NCBI RefSeq assembly: GCF_009914755.1
Contig: NC_060925.1
DNA: 64,000 nt
Reading direction: 5' to 3' (one strand)
Source of the DNA: the human T2T-CHM13v2.0 reference genome, Homo sapiens
The notes beneath the pieces are model-generated. The model worked only from the letters and a program-made list of their open reading frames with translations. It made no database searches and was not told the origin of the DNA. This document shows positions 38,487 to 64,000 of this stretch, one piece after another. The position numbers and the translations under genes are program-made. Every line of letters starts with the position of its first letter. Position 1 is the stretch's first letter.

Positions 38487-38862
38487 CTAGAAATGAAAAA
38501 AAAAAAAAAAAAAAAAAAGAACAAAGAGTAAACCTTCACTTGTTCAGAGCTCAAGCTCTAACAATGGTGTAAGATCAGGCAAACCCTTCTTCCTACAGTA
38601 CAGAAAAAAATGGGCATCCCCAATGACTTTTGAAAATGCTGATTCCTACTCTTCCCATCTTTGAGTATATGCCTGGAGCTTACAGAAGTTCTCCAAGGTA
38701 CTTCCTATCCCTTGTACAATTCCCATACCTACATTCATTAACTTTCATCTCAGATTTCAAATATTTAATAATTATTTACTGTATACCCACTATGTGCCAA
38801 GTATTCTTCTAGGCTCTGGGGAGAGACAGACAATTAAATAAGGCTTCCTCACTGAAGGCAGT

Positions 38863-39160
38863 GAGGAAACAAGCCATTATCAAGTTCCCCTGACCACTGA
38901 GTTGGCCAGGAAGAAGACAGGACAACAACATGCTTGTGTTCTTTGTGGATATTAAAGCTAGTAAGCACCACATCAAACAGGCTGGAAGCTCTATGACACT
39001 GATGCGGCCAAGGTCAACACCTTGATCAGGCCCGGAGAGAGGAAGGCATATATTCCATTAGCTCCTGATTACAATGCTTTGGATATTGCCAACAAAATTG
39101 GGATCATCTAAAATGAACCCAGCTAATTCTAAATATATATCTTTTCACTATCAAAAAAAA
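38863..39160 (+). pseudogene. 5'-truncated processed pseudogene of RPL23A in DBT intron 10
   Basis: Frameshifted IIKFPLTTE...AKVNTLIRP...[17 protein letters not shown] (TAA 39109-39111), short 3'UTR, A8 tail. Confidence 0.9.
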
Positions 39161-39329
39161 TGTAGACAAAATATAAGCCCCAACTTATTATTAGATTCAA
39201 TAGACATAAAATCATGCTGTCAAACTGCTATAAAAGTTTCTAAGCTCTACTCTCTTTTTCTATACTGATCTCCTCATGGCTGGGATACAACAGTCACAGC
39301 CAGATGTGGATCCTTGAGCACACTGAGTA

Positions 39330-39880
39330 GCATCTGTGTAAAGCCATGTAGGCCACTGCAACTACTTGTCTTTGATTCTATGTGAGATGAGAAGCCCTTC
39401 AAAGTGTCTGAGCAGATTGGCCATTCACTGAAAGAGGACGACTTTAGGAGGAGCAGGTCTGATGGTGGGGGGCACTGAGGAAAGGAGCAGGAGCTCAGTT
39501 TTAGACATGTTAAAATTCAAGATGCCTTTATACATCCAAGCAAGATATAAGAGTAAGTTCAAAAGTGAGGTCCAGTCTAGAGATATAAACCTGGGAGTCA
39601 TCAGTGTATAAATGGTATTGAAAGATCAGATAAAGAAAAGCGGTGAGAACTGAATCCTGGGGTGCTTCCATGTGCAGAGATTAGGAACATTAGGAGGTAT
39701 GGGTAAAGGAGACTTAGAGGGAATAGGCAGTGACATAGGAGGAAAACCAAAATGGCCAGGTATTCTGCAAGTCAATATTAAGAAAGTTTTCCAAAGAGGT
39801 TGGATTGATCAGTCATCTCAAGGTCAACTAGTAGGTCAAGGAAAACGAATACTGAGAATTGAGTAACATGGAAGACTTAA
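39330..39880. mobile_element. L2 fragment (another piece at ~38760-38850)
   Basis: gagctcagttttagacatgttaa, ggagtcatcagtgtataaatggt motifs. Confidence 0.6.
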
Positions 39881-40099
39881 TGACTTAAACAATTTAGCAA
39901 GAAGGAATTAAAATTCTATAATGAAAACAAAATAGCAAAGGAAAGATGACACAAAGGGAGAAAGGAATTAAATACTATTTGTCCCTACCCCACAAATATT
40001 ATTTTAAGGGAATAAGATTTCTACTCTAAGAACTACACTTCATGGCTTGAAAAAACCATGGATAAAATGATTCTGTAAAATATATCTATTGAACAGATA

Positions 40100-40570
40100 T
40101 TTATAAATCAAATATTCATTTGTTCATAACACCATTATGCACAAGAGCCAAAAAATGGAAAAATCCAAATATTCATTGACGGATGAATGTATAAACAAAA
40201 CATGGCATACATTTATATACAACAGTATACTATTTACCCTTAAAAATTAATGAAATTCTGATACATGCTACATGAATGAACCTTGAGCCAGATACAAAAG
40301 GACAAATACTGTATGATTCCACTTACATGAGGTACCTAGAATAGTCCAATTAATTCACAGAGACAGAAAATAGAATGGTGGTTACCAAAGGCTGGGGAAA
40401 TGGAGAGATTATTCAGTAAGTGCAGAGTTTCAGTTTGGGATAATGAAAAAGTTCTGGAGACAGATGGTGGTGATGGTGGCAAACAATGTAAATGTACTTA
40501 ATGCCACTGAACAATGTACTTAAAAATGGTTTAAATGGTCAATTTATGTTTATATATTTTACCACAATTA
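40100..40570 (+). mobile_element. L1MB-type 3' end
   Basis: aaaggacaaatactgtatgattccacttacatgaggtacctag...atgtacttaatgccactgaa. Confidence 0.75.
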
Positions 40571-41082
40571 TATACATATACACATATAATTCAGAAGAAG
40601 ATAATCTCTTTAAGGAAAGAGAACACAAAATTTTGTCAAACAGGTATAATGGTTTGGAAACTGCAGGAAGCCAGAATTTTGTGAGAATCAAATGTTGAAT
40701 TCTTGTTGGAAAAGAGAATGAGTGATAGAGAGAAGTTATAACTCAGAGAACTGATTTGGAAATAGTGACATACTGTGTCTTTTTGTTTTTTCTCCCTATC
40801 TCCTCTGCTTGCCAGAAGGGAAAGTGGATGCCAGGAAGGGGGAATGACTTAGATGCTAATTTACTATCTGCTAGAAAGCAAATCAAAGGCTGAAGGAAAG
40901 AATTTGTGAGGGTTCCAACACGCAAGGAATAAACTCATGAGGACAAGTCCCAGAGATGTTCAACATGGAAGCATTATAAGTGTAGAAAAGAAAGGCTCTT
41001 CTTAAAACACACTCTTCTTAATGTAGTGACAATGACATTTAATAAACATGGTATTGAAGTGGTATCCAGGAGCTTATTTGCC

Positions 41083-41395
41083 TCAGTGGTCCTCAACCCT
41101 GAATTAATAGGGGGTACCCAAGTCCCATCCCCCAAAATTCCAATTCAGCTGGTAGAGGGGGAGCTTGGCCATAATTTTTTTCAAGCTCCCGTATGATTCT
41201 AACATGTAGCCAGGGTGAAGAATCACTGCAACCCTTATTCTAAGTCAGTGTCTTCTAAACCATGGTCACCGATCACCTTTTTGCACTCATTTGGGTTCCT
41301 GTTCAAAATTTAAGTTCGGAGGGTTCTGCCCCTAAGGTAAAGAAATCTGCGCTTTTAACTAACACTCCCAGTGATTCCTGAGCAAAGAATGCTCT
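41083..41395. mobile_element. Two degenerate MER5-family MITEs
   Basis: cagtggtcctcaaccct...gaatcactg and cagtgtcttctaaac...cccagtgattc. Confidence 0.55.
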
Positions 41396-41650
41396 AAATG
41401 AGTCTCACTTTGTTTAAAATAACATTTTCAATTGGTTTTCTATTATTCTTTGGTATAATGAAATAAAGATATTTTGATAGAAGTAGATTGGCTATATTTG
41501 TGATTATTCATTAAGACTCAATATCTGTGCCTGGCATAATCCACAATGGTTGATCCATACAGAAACAACCCACATCGCCACCATTTATTACACACAGAGG
41601 CAGCCACCAGAAGTGCCGGCCTAGCTCTTAGGAAGAAGTAATAGGTTTTT

Positions 41651-48147
<6,497 letters not shown>

Positions 48148-48268
48148 GAAATAATAGACTTTCTAAGATAAACTCAGAAACTTAAAACCTACAAAAGGAG
48201 GGGAAACCTTAGAAATGGTTACTCTTCATTGTGTTTAGTCCCTGAATTTGCTTAAACTCCATTTTTCA

Positions 48269-48358
<90 letters not shown>

Positions 48359-48441
48359 CTATTTTTTAAAAAAAAAAAAAGGAGAGTATTAAAAGTTAAG
48401 ATTTTTCAGGGAACAAATGCCAAGTGACTTTTCTATTTTTA

Positions 48442-48693
<252 letters not shown>

Positions 48694-48858
48694 CTAAAAA
48701 ATAAAAAATTGTACAGTAGGGCTTTTAATGAATAAGCTAACAGCAAAGAAAGGATCAACCTTCACTGCCATCTAGAAACCACTACCAAAACTCATTTTTA
48801 CCAGATTGGTAGTGATTTAAAAGAAATAATTTAAAAATAATTTTTAAAAGATTTTTTG

Positions 48859-49179
<321 letters not shown>

Positions 49180-49216
49180 CTATTTCCCAACATCGTTAGT
49201 GGGAATGTAACTGGTA

Positions 49217-50440
<1,224 letters not shown>

Positions 50441-50673
50441 TAGAGACTTTCTGGAGAACATATGACAACATGAACCAACATTTATAAAAATTCGTGTTAA
50501 GGAACTAAGTGCAGAAGTATGTAGGGATACACAGGGATGTTGAGTACACACTGTTTATAAGTTTGAGAAACTGCAAATAATCATGATGTTTATAAATAGG
50601 TCACTGGCTAAATAAATAACAAAGCTATACTTGTTGACAATGATGTCTACAATATAGTAAATGAAAATGAAGA

Positions 50674-52410
<1,737 letters not shown>

Positions 52411-52744
52411 ATATTAAAATTCCAGGAATTCAATTTTGAAAGAGCTGCTTCTTTTTGAGAGGGTAAGTAGAGTGGGTAACATAATCTGCCATACAGCTAT
52501 GTATTTCCATTATTTTAAGCAGGAAAAAAAAAAGCTTAAAAATAGTTTTAAGAATCTCTAAACAGTATTATTAACACAAAAACAACAACAATGAATTAGA
52601 CTTAAGTTTAATGTTTTACCCCATACCTTTAATTCTAGTCTAAAAAAGATCACTATTTGAGGTACAATAGAAGTCTCTAATCTACAAGCACATTTGCCCC
52701 ATCTTCTATTAATAATAAGAACATTTTTACTCTGCATAGCCAAC

Positions 52745-52822
52745 CTTATATGTTATATTCTGGCAGTTTTCATCCACAGAAGCGTTAAGGATAGGAAACT
52801 GTAGTAATCCCAAGGAAGCAGC
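52745..52822 (-). CDS. DBT: DBT exon 8
   Basis: aacag|GCT...AAG|gttggc; 78 nt; [26 protein letters not shown]. Confidence 0.97.
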
Positions 52823-53823
52823 CTGTTTAACAGAAAAAGAATGCAATTTTAGTACTTTTAACTTAGAAAGGATAGAGAATTTGAAACAATAAGAGGTATA
52901 AAAGGAGGGAGAGAGAGAACTCTTATTTATGCTGAGTTTAATTTCAAGTCTACATGTACCTAGTCACATTACTGCCAATGTTACCTTCAGGCCATGTGGA
53001 ACTAGGTCACCCTAATCATTAAAGAATAAAAGATAAAGTAGTCAGGTAGCTTGTAAACATCAAGGAGATTTTCAAAATAATGATACAGACCAGCCAAAGT
53101 TCCAAAGAAAATGTCTAAATTCTAGGTGATTTCCTCACTGACATGTTGATCTTAAGATTTCCATGAGAAGTAATACTAGGAATCAAAACACAAAAAAAGC
53201 AGGTAAGCTATTTCTCTGTGTGGAAAGAACACGTAACGAGGATTTCAAAGCGCACTGACCAGTAGATGCCAGTTTGCTACTTGGTGTCCTTGGCCAGCTG
53301 AAGGGCAGAGATGTCCTGAACATTTACTTTACAGCTCAAGTCTCACTGAATAGCATTTATATTTTCCCTCTCTGCTGCCTTCTCCCTTTTGTCACTTAAT
53401 ACCATTTCTCTCCTGTCCATATTCAGATTTCCCTAACTGTACCCAAAATGTTCTTGATAATCTGTTTTTGGGATCTAATAATCAAGTTTCATACCTTACA
53501 TGTGGTGGCCATGCATTGTATTGAATTTAAAAGATAGCAAAATAAAAATGCTTAAGATCATTCTTAAAAAGAATTCCCTCCCCCACTGCCCTTGTCTGGT
53601 CCCTGTTAAAGTTCTTTACATGCATTGTGTTATTCTTCTCAGTGCATCGGGGTCTTGATGGGAAAAAAATCAAATTCTTGAACTAGAGAGTTAAGAAAAA
53701 AGTTTAAATATATAGAGACATTTCATTTTCATTAGTTAGGACAGGTTAAGAGAGTAGATCAACTGAAGAAAAATATAATTAAAAGAACTGCTACGAGTTC
53801 CTTAATTTTTATGACTTGGAAGT

Positions 53824-54620
53824 TTTTCTTGTTTGTTTTTGAGACAGGGTCTTTCTTTGTCACCTAGGCTGCAGTGCAGTGGCATGATCTCAGCTCACTG
53901 TAGCCTCAACGTCCTTGGCTCGAGTGACCCTCCTGCCTCAGCCTCCCGAGTAGCTGGAACTATAGGCGTGTGCCACCATGCCCAGGTAACTTTTGTATTT
54001 TTTGTAGAGATGGGGTTTCACCATGTTGCCCAGGCTGGTCTTGAACTCCTGAGCTCAAGCAATCTGCCTGCCTTGGCCTCCTAAAGTGTTGGGATTACAG
54101 TCGTGAGACACTGCGCCCAGCCAACTTGAAAGTTTTAGTAAGCATTTGATTCAATAACTGTAATTTTAATAGTCTTTATCTAAAAACCCCTAAGGTTAGT
54201 CTAAACTGTTACATATAAAAATATTTGAGTATAATCCAAATTTTGTCCAAGAAAATACAAGGTATGTGTCAATGGATTAGGTCATTTGTTCCCCCTCTAC
54301 AATACTGTGTAGTATTTTTTCGAATGTTCTGAAACTTATGTTTTATTTTAAAACAAAATAGCCAGGCATGCTGGCTCATCCCTGTAAGACCAGCCTGGGC
54401 AGCACTGCGAGACACATCTCTACTAAGAATAAAAAAAAATTAGCCAGGTGTGGTGGTGCACACCTGTGGTTCCAGCTTCTCGGGAGGCTGAGGCAGAGGA
54501 TCACTTGAACCCAGGAGTTCAAGGTTGCAGTGAGCTGTGATTGTGCCACTGCACTCCAGCAGCCTGGGCAACAAAGTGAACCCTTTCTAAAAAAAAAAAG
54601 AAGAAAGAAAGAAAAAGGGA
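53824..54620. mobile_element. Two AluJ elements (53824-54122 -, 54360-54620 +)
   Basis: Alu dimers, the second internally deleted. Confidence 0.8.
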
Positions 54621-55129
54621 GATAAAGAAGAATAGTTTCTGCCTCATGAGGCTCAGCGCCCAGTAAGTGAGTAAGTGAAGAGAAAACTGAGTAAGCACTC
54701 AATGCACTGAGATAAGTTAACAGTGGGAAACAAAAGTATTTAATTCAAATAGTGACAGCCACAGAAGGAGTCTGTACCTGACCACAGTTTGGGATTTGCA
54801 GGTGTTTGATCGAGAAGAACGGGCACTTCAGGTGGAATTGTGTATTCCAGCAATTATGGGTACCTTAATATGAGGGAGTGAGGTAAGAATGGAGAGGCAG
54901 GCAGCAGAGACTTATAACACATTTGTATGCCACACTAAGGAGTATGGCATACAAATTATCCTGAAGGTAATGAAAGGGAACCACTGAAAAGAATCAGAGA
55001 ATATTACAGTAATTTGATTTACGGAAGACCAGTCTTGGTGCAGTGTAGAGAAAGGACTGGACATGTTGGCATTACAGACATCAGTATGTCCTTCTGAGTA
55101 AAACAGACCAGAACCTGAAAGAGCTTCTC

Positions 55130-56085
55130 CACCTGTTAGCTGTAAGTCCTTAACAAGTTTCTCAACCTCTCTGAGCCCCAATTTCCTTAAATGGAAAGTG
55201 GAGACAGTAATGTTTACATGTCAGGGTTACTCTGAGAATTAAGAGATAATGGGCCCTGCCCCGCGTCTGCCTCAGAGGGGCCCGAGCCACCCGGGGCGTG
55301 CGCCGCGTCCCCGCCGGGGCCGACAGAGCCGAGCCGGGCCGCCATGGACCACAAGACTCTGCTGCAGGAGCGGCCGCCCGCCTACAACCTGGAGGCCGGC
55401 CAGGGCGACTACGCGTGAGGCCCGCACGGCTACGGCGCCATCCCCGCCGCGCCCCCGCAGCCGCCCTACTCCTACCTCGTCACACGGACACCCACCCACC
55501 ATCCCAGGGTCTACAACATCCACAGCTGGACCGTCATCCGCTATCCTACCAACTCTATCGTGGTCGTGGGAGGCTGTCCCGTCTGCAGGGTCGGGGGGCT
55601 GCAGGACTGCTTCACCTTCCTGGGCATCTTCCTGGCCATCATCCTGTTCCCCTTTGGGTTCATTTGCTGTTTTGCCTTGAGGGAGCGAAGATGCCCCAAC
55701 TGTGGAGCCACCTTCGCTTAAAGGGAACACCAGGCTCGGCCTTTCCTACACCCAGCTCTCTTTTTCTAATGTAAATGTTGTGTTCAATAGTTTTATTTGA
55801 TTAAGCTTCAGGACTGTTTTGTAAAGCGAGGTGGGACCGATGTGGCACACGCCAGCTGCGGTTTCCCGGAGCGTGGAGAGGCAGCGCTGCTGCTCCTGCC
55901 CCAGGCTCATGACAACTCAATGAAGCACTGCTTTTATTTTTTGCAGTCTTCAATTTGAGAAAGGTGAGAAATAATCTTTTCAATAAATGAGATTCATACC
56001 AAAAAAAAAAAAAAAAAGAGAGAGAGATAATGTATACAGCATGCTTACTATGGAGGCTGACACATGGTAGCTGCTGCACAGTCAC
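55130..56085 (+). mobile_element. MIR split by the BRI3 pseudogene
   Basis: aacctctctgagcccca...gagaattaagagataatg resumes as tatacagcatgctta...gacacatggtag after the TSD. Confidence 0.65.
55252..56020 (+). pseudogene. BRI3P1: Processed pseudogene of BRI3 (probably BRI3P1) in DBT intron 7
   Basis: Intronless frame 55344-55721 [30 protein letters not shown]...CPNCGATFA*; AATAAA 55982-55987; A17 tail; TSD AGAGATAATG at 55242-55251 and 56023-56032. Confidence 0.93.
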
Positions 56086-56522
56086 TAATGTGAGCTAGAC
56101 TGTATGCTGCTCAAGGTTAGCTGATGGTCTTACTCCATTTTATACTGGTCCCAAGGCTTAGCACTAGAAATGATTCCCAGGATCCTCAATATAAGTTGGT
56201 TGAGTAAATGAAAATAAATATTAAATATATGTCAGTGATATTGCAAAATTAATATCAAGTCTCATTTTAGTTCAAACCAAGACTTGGTTGGAGTGATCCT
56301 TTTAGGATCAGAGGCTTTACTTAACTGGCAGAATTGTCTCTACCTAGCTCAAAGATAAGCAGCTAAAAATATAGTACAGAAATCTCAATTTTATAATTTC
56401 CTATTGAACAAAGAAATGGCACATTTTCTAACTATCTGATGTTGCGAAAAGTAATATTTTTATTCAAGGCCACAGTCAACATATTGCATGTTGGCAAAGC
56501 AAAATTTAAATGTCCTACTTGG

Positions 56523-57045
<523 letters not shown>

Positions 57046-57590
57046 TTAAATTGTTATTCATTTATTTAAATTCTCAAATCTCTTCATCCTTTTTTTTTTT
57101 TTTTAAAGAAACTAAAATGGAAGGTTCTCTAATGTCTTTTACTCTCTCAGTTAAACCCTTCCTCTTACTACTCTCTTCATTACATTACACTGAAAGTCAC
57201 TAATTTCAAAGCTGGAACACTGACTGCATCATGACACTCAGTGGCAAATGCAATAACATAGCAGGTAACTGCTTTAAATGCTGTGTTATATAAAAAATTC
57301 AAAAGAATGCAAGCCATGTATTTCCCTAACAGCTTTCCTGCAAAGCCACTCTTCTGGAAGTTAATCATTCCAGGAGTTTATAAATAACAAATCAGAACTA
57401 GTTATTTTGAAAGCTAACTACAAATAGTGAATGTTTAAAATGTCCTGTGTGTCTTCAAACAGAGCAATTATCAATATACAAGTTTATATTTCAAGAAACC
57501 TGCTAACGTATTACTCTTCAGAAGATAATGATACACATAAATTGTAAGTGTTTCCTGGAAAAGCTATGCTATTTCACCATTTAAAAATTA

Positions 57591-57964
<374 letters not shown>

Positions 57965-58003
57965 TTATCTACTGAGGTAGCTTCCCCCAAAATAAATGAA
58001 CTA

Positions 58004-58252
<249 letters not shown>

Positions 58253-60658
58253 CTAAAAAATGATATATTTTAATGCCAAAAATACAACTATTTAAAAACA
58301 TCATTAAAGTTTCAAAATGGAATTTGATCAACTGACAGTAAAATATATCTGTCCAATAAATTAGTAAAAGGAAATAACCTTTTCATTTTCTACTTAAGTA
58401 ATCATTACTTTTGTATATACTGTTCACATATGCATGTGGTAACCATCAGGTATCTATATTATATATAATCTAGAGCTATTTATGAAAACTTACTTTTTAA
58501 AAAAATTTTTTGTAGAGACAGGGTCTCACTCTGTTGCCCTGGCTGGTCTTGAACTCCTAGCCTCAAGCTATCCTCTCACCTCAGCCTCCCAAAAGTGCTG
58601 GAATTACAGGCGTGAGCCACTATGCCCAGCTGAAAACTTACATTTTTATACTCAAGTATTTTAAAATCTCTTGCATAATTCTTACTCGACCTTTTCTATT
58701 CTTGGGGACTACATAAGAAGAGGGAGAGCTGAGAATTTAAGAGAAACTAAATGCTATACCAAATTTAGACCAATGTTTCTGACACTGGCTACCAGTTAAA
58801 AACGTAACAACTTAAATAATCATAATACAAAAGCTCTCTCAAATTAGTTATTTTTCTGGTAGTTGCTTTGGAAAGATCAGTACAAAACATTTAATTCTAT
58901 TTAAATAAAAATAAACATAAAAGCTTGGAATGATCTCCTCATATATAGTATGTATTAATTTCTTAGGGATAGGCCCCATTTCATTTGTATTAGTGCATCT
59001 CTAAGGATGACTAAAATAATAAAGGACTTTACTAAGGCAAACACTAAGTTTGTAACAAATGGACTATGAAAATTTAAACAAATAATTTTTAGGCAGTTAC
59101 AAACAACTGTAAATGCCACTGGTTCTTAATTTTAAACAAACTCAATTCATAAATATGCAAATTCAAAGAAAAAAGATGATTTCTGATAACTAAATCCAAT
59201 ATTTAATTTTTAGTAATCATACAAGCACTCTACCCAAGTATTCTATACCCATCTTTAGGGAGTGTTTTAGGAAAGCCAAATCATACATTTCTTCTATATA
59301 TTTCTTTCTATATTATTAAGAAAAAAATTATTAAAATGCTTTATAGATTTCAAAGCAAAATGTTAAATCATTATTTCATCTGATGCCCTTAATAACCTAA
59401 TGTTCCACATTACTATATCTATTTTCTGTTATGCTAAATGGTCTTCATACTTAAACACATTTAAGGGTTACATAACATTTTATCAAGGATACATAACATA
59501 ATTTGAATGCGTATGCATCTTCTAATTTTTGGCTATATAAAATACAAGGAAGAATGATTCCTAGATTATTTTCTTGGGATAGTTCCCCAGTGGCAGGATA
59601 ACTGGCTGAAAGAATATGAACATTTTAATGACTCTATTACATATTTCACAAAATATAAACTTTTATTTTTTTCCCACAGCAACCTTACTTTTCTCAAAAA
59701 GAGACAAACAAAAAGTCTCATTGTGGGGCACAGTGGAAAGTATTCAGGTTTCAGAACCAGACAGATTTGTGTTCAAATCCCTAGTTCAGCTTACTTGGTT
59801 TTAGATTAGTTAATCAACCTGCCTGCAGGGTCCTTGTGAGGATTACAGATAATGTGTCTATAGTGTCTGGCACATATGTGCTCAAATAATGGAGGCAATG
59901 ATTGTTGAGGTTTATATAACATCTAACAGCACAGGTTTTGGAGTGATATAGACTCACTTTTGAATTCTGGCTCTTGCTATGTTAGCTGTGTGACTTTAGT
60001 TACTTAAACCCTCCAAGTCTTAAAATAGCTCCTTATCTTACAGGGTTAAATGAGAATACGTAAATACCTATCCCAGTGCCAGGGAGCCACCCTGCCTGGC
60101 ATTCCACCTTCCATTCAGTCAGTGACTGGCAGAGGAAATACAAAAGGCCGGCCTCCTTGCCTCAAAGCAGTAATTCTGTGGTTCTCCCTTGCACCCTCAG
60201 ATCAGGCCAGAGTCTTTCTTTTTTTACTTAGGACCATGGCAAGCTTTGGGACAGGCCAGATGCTTGATACCATAACCATGTCTGGCCAATTTCCCTTCTC
60301 TTCTCTTTTTTATCTCGCTTCCTTCAGTCCCTTTACAGGTTTTCCCTCCTTCAAATTCCTATCTCATGCTGTGCCTCTAGAGCACCTGACATAAGACCTG
60401 TTATTTACAAGTGCTCAGTAAATGGTAGCTCTTACTGTTATTAGGCTCTAAGAAAGAATAATAAAATCATACTGCTCAATTGATAGTAAGTAATAAGTTT
60501 ACAACTTCTCATTTCTCCCATGTATTTTTATGCAACTATTGCTTTTCAGTAGCAAATATCTTCATGTTTCCTTAATTTCATTGAGCTATTTCATCATGGG
60601 ATAGTTGGCTAATTTTTCAGAGATACAAATGTACACTTCCTATACAATCTCAGACTTA

Positions 60659-60847
<189 letters not shown>

Positions 60848-61118
60848 TTACTAAGATGTAAAGTAAGGCCACTAAGATGTGGCCTATAATATCTAAATAA
60901 ATTAAAGTTTATAGTCTAAATGTATAAAAGTTGAACTACTTCAGAATAGGAAAACACAACTATCCTAATGGTATGGGTAGAGTGGGGGGGGGTGTGTGCC
61001 GGTACCTGGTACTTTTTAATTATTAGTACCTGGTGGATATGTCACTCCTGTTGAAATAATATAGCAGCTACAAGTTTAAACATGAGAGTTTTCCTCAAGA
61101 AATTTTAAAATGTGTTGT

Positions 61119-62218
<1,100 letters not shown>

Positions 62219-64000
62219 ACTGCTGTGGCTAATGCTAATTTGGTTGTTTTATTCTCTAGTTCTGGATTCCTGTTATTAGAAAAACTATCTCAGGCTACTA
62301 GCATATATTTCTGCAAGCAAAAAAAAAAATGTTTTTGAGAGCACTTAATTGTCAAATTCTGCTGTTAGGAAATCAGTGATGTATACATATAGCAGAATCT
62401 GTCTGAATTGGTAAATTAAAGACTGACAGAACTTCTGAAAATGAACAGACAACTGAATCTGCTTTGACAGTTTTGACATTCATTTCTAGGTAAATAAAAA
62501 TCTTCTACTACTGCAACCGTGATAAGATAGTCTATTCATTCCTCTTTACTAGTCTATGAATTGGCCCAGTGGAGCTACAAAGAAATTCTCCTAAAGGTAA
62601 GGAAGGGAAGAGAAAAAAACCCAAAACTTGTATTGAGCATCTATTATGTGTCAAATACTGTCCTGCATATGCAGTATCTTACTTTTCATTACAACTGTTT
62701 AAGATAGGTATTATTATCCCCATTTTATAGACAGTTTAAAAAGTGAGGTTTGACTGAACAGATTGGCTCAAGGTGAGACACCTAATAAATCTAAGAGCTG
62801 AATTCAGTCCTAGGGCTGACTCAATCTGTGCTGTTTCCATTAGTTCATAGCCCTAGTAAATTTTCCTTCTGGTCAAAGTAGCTAGAATACAACTCCTATA
62901 GTTCAAGGCATAATTTTTGTTGAATTTTCAGAATCTCTGTATATTCTCTACATCTGTTAAAGTCATTGGAGAAATGAGTAAGAAAGATTAGCATGTGGAA
63001 CCAAGATCCAAACGAAAATCAGGGGATTCAATGGTAGGAACCCCAATATGGTAGGAACTCCAATGCTAACTTGGATAATGCATATTTGCTGAAGAGAATG
63101 TATAAATATCCAAATATATAACATACAAAAATTATTACATTATTCCAAAAGACCAAGTAATTTATTGCTACCTACCTTTCTGGAAAACATTTTGTGATAT
63201 ATTACCTACATAGTACTACCCTTTTAGAGTAACTTGAGTGTAAATATGAATGACAAACTTACTTGTGAGAAGTCACTCATATATTATTTCTAATAGTCAT
63301 GTAGTTGTTGGAAGAAAGCTGTCACTTAACCAAGTAATAAAATACCACCTTACTACACAGCAGAAGATTTTAAATAATCTTCAAAATGTTTATTTTTTGC
63401 TTTTCTTTTTTTAATACAGACAGTGTTTCACTACGTTGCCCAGGCTGGTCTTGAACTCCTAACTTCAAGTGATCTCCTGCCTTGGCCTCCTTCAGTGTTT
63501 TTACACATATTTTCTCCTCTGATTACAAAAATGTTATGAGTATGTAGGACAGATTTCTCAATGTTACCAATGTAGAAACAGACTCTAAGGGGGATGAAGT
63601 TGACCAAATTTGAATTTCACAAGTCTCCCCAGTTGATATGACTTTAGTGTTTCTAGCATCACAGTCTAATATGTGAGATTTTAGCCTTTGATGATTGATC
63701 TTCAGTTAGGGAATTAGAGTACAGTTTTAAAAGCTTTAACTAATTTTAAGAAAAAGCAAACAAACACTGGTAAGTAAACACTTTTTCTTATGAAGCCTGT
63801 CAATCTTGTGTTAAGGTAATTCCTCGTAGAAAGCAAATTTATAATAAAACCACATTATTTCAGGTTAACTAAATAAAAGAATAATATGAATTGATAAAAC
63901 TGTGAAACTGCAATATTCTTAGGTATTTCTAAGAATAACATTAAGTAATCCAATTAATTCACTCAGCTAGGAGAAATTCTTTTAAGAAAAATGCTTTGAA

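Noticed and set aside
55249-55774. 143-, 152- and 158-aa ORFs over the BRI3 copy
   Set aside because: Shadow frames of GC-rich, stop-poor sequence. The 143-aa ATG comes from the TSD junction, and nothing supports coding
55416-55960. Cys->TGA in the BRI3 copy read as selenocysteine, with the 3'UTR hairpin (~55916-55958) as a SECIS
   Set aside because: The hairpin is Watson-Crick with a U-rich loop and lacks the GA quartet and apical AA; BRI3 is not a known selenoprotein; a nonsense mutation is simpler
63031-63064. 17-nt tandem duplication ATGGTAGGAACYCCAAT
   Set aside because: Ordinary two-copy slippage duplication; not an array

Overview
Human genomic DNA (human-specific AluYa5/AluYd8 subfamilies are present) from the LRRC39-DBT locus, recalled as chr1p21. 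Both genes lie on the minus strand. Left part: the 5' half of the muscle M-band LRR gene LRRC39 (myomasp), with two non-coding exons and four coding exons (codons 1-171); the rest lies off-window to the left. Right part: exons 5-11 of DBT (E2 dihydrolipoamide branched-chain transacylase, MSUD type II; codons ~145-482), with an inferred ~9.3 kb 3' UTR ending near 29010. All exon borders were checked for GT-AG and frame continuity. DBT introns hold a BRI3 processed pseudogene, a truncated RPL23A pseudogene, a full-length dead L1PA7-like LINE and a Tigger4 transposon. Most remaining sequence is Alu, L1M, MaLR LTR, L2 and MIR, and nearly all of the ORF track is repeat noise. I found no new multi-gene system. 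The best leads are cis-regulatory: a MEF2/E-box LRRC39 promoter with twin splice donors and a uORF-dense leader; an AP-1/E-box/TEAD cluster inside the DBT 3' UTR; a stop-containing alternative DBT exon; a latent Tigger4-derived DBT pseudoexon; a template-switch hairpin; and a close inverted pair of very young Alus. Repeat subfamily calls and literature links are from memory and need checking.
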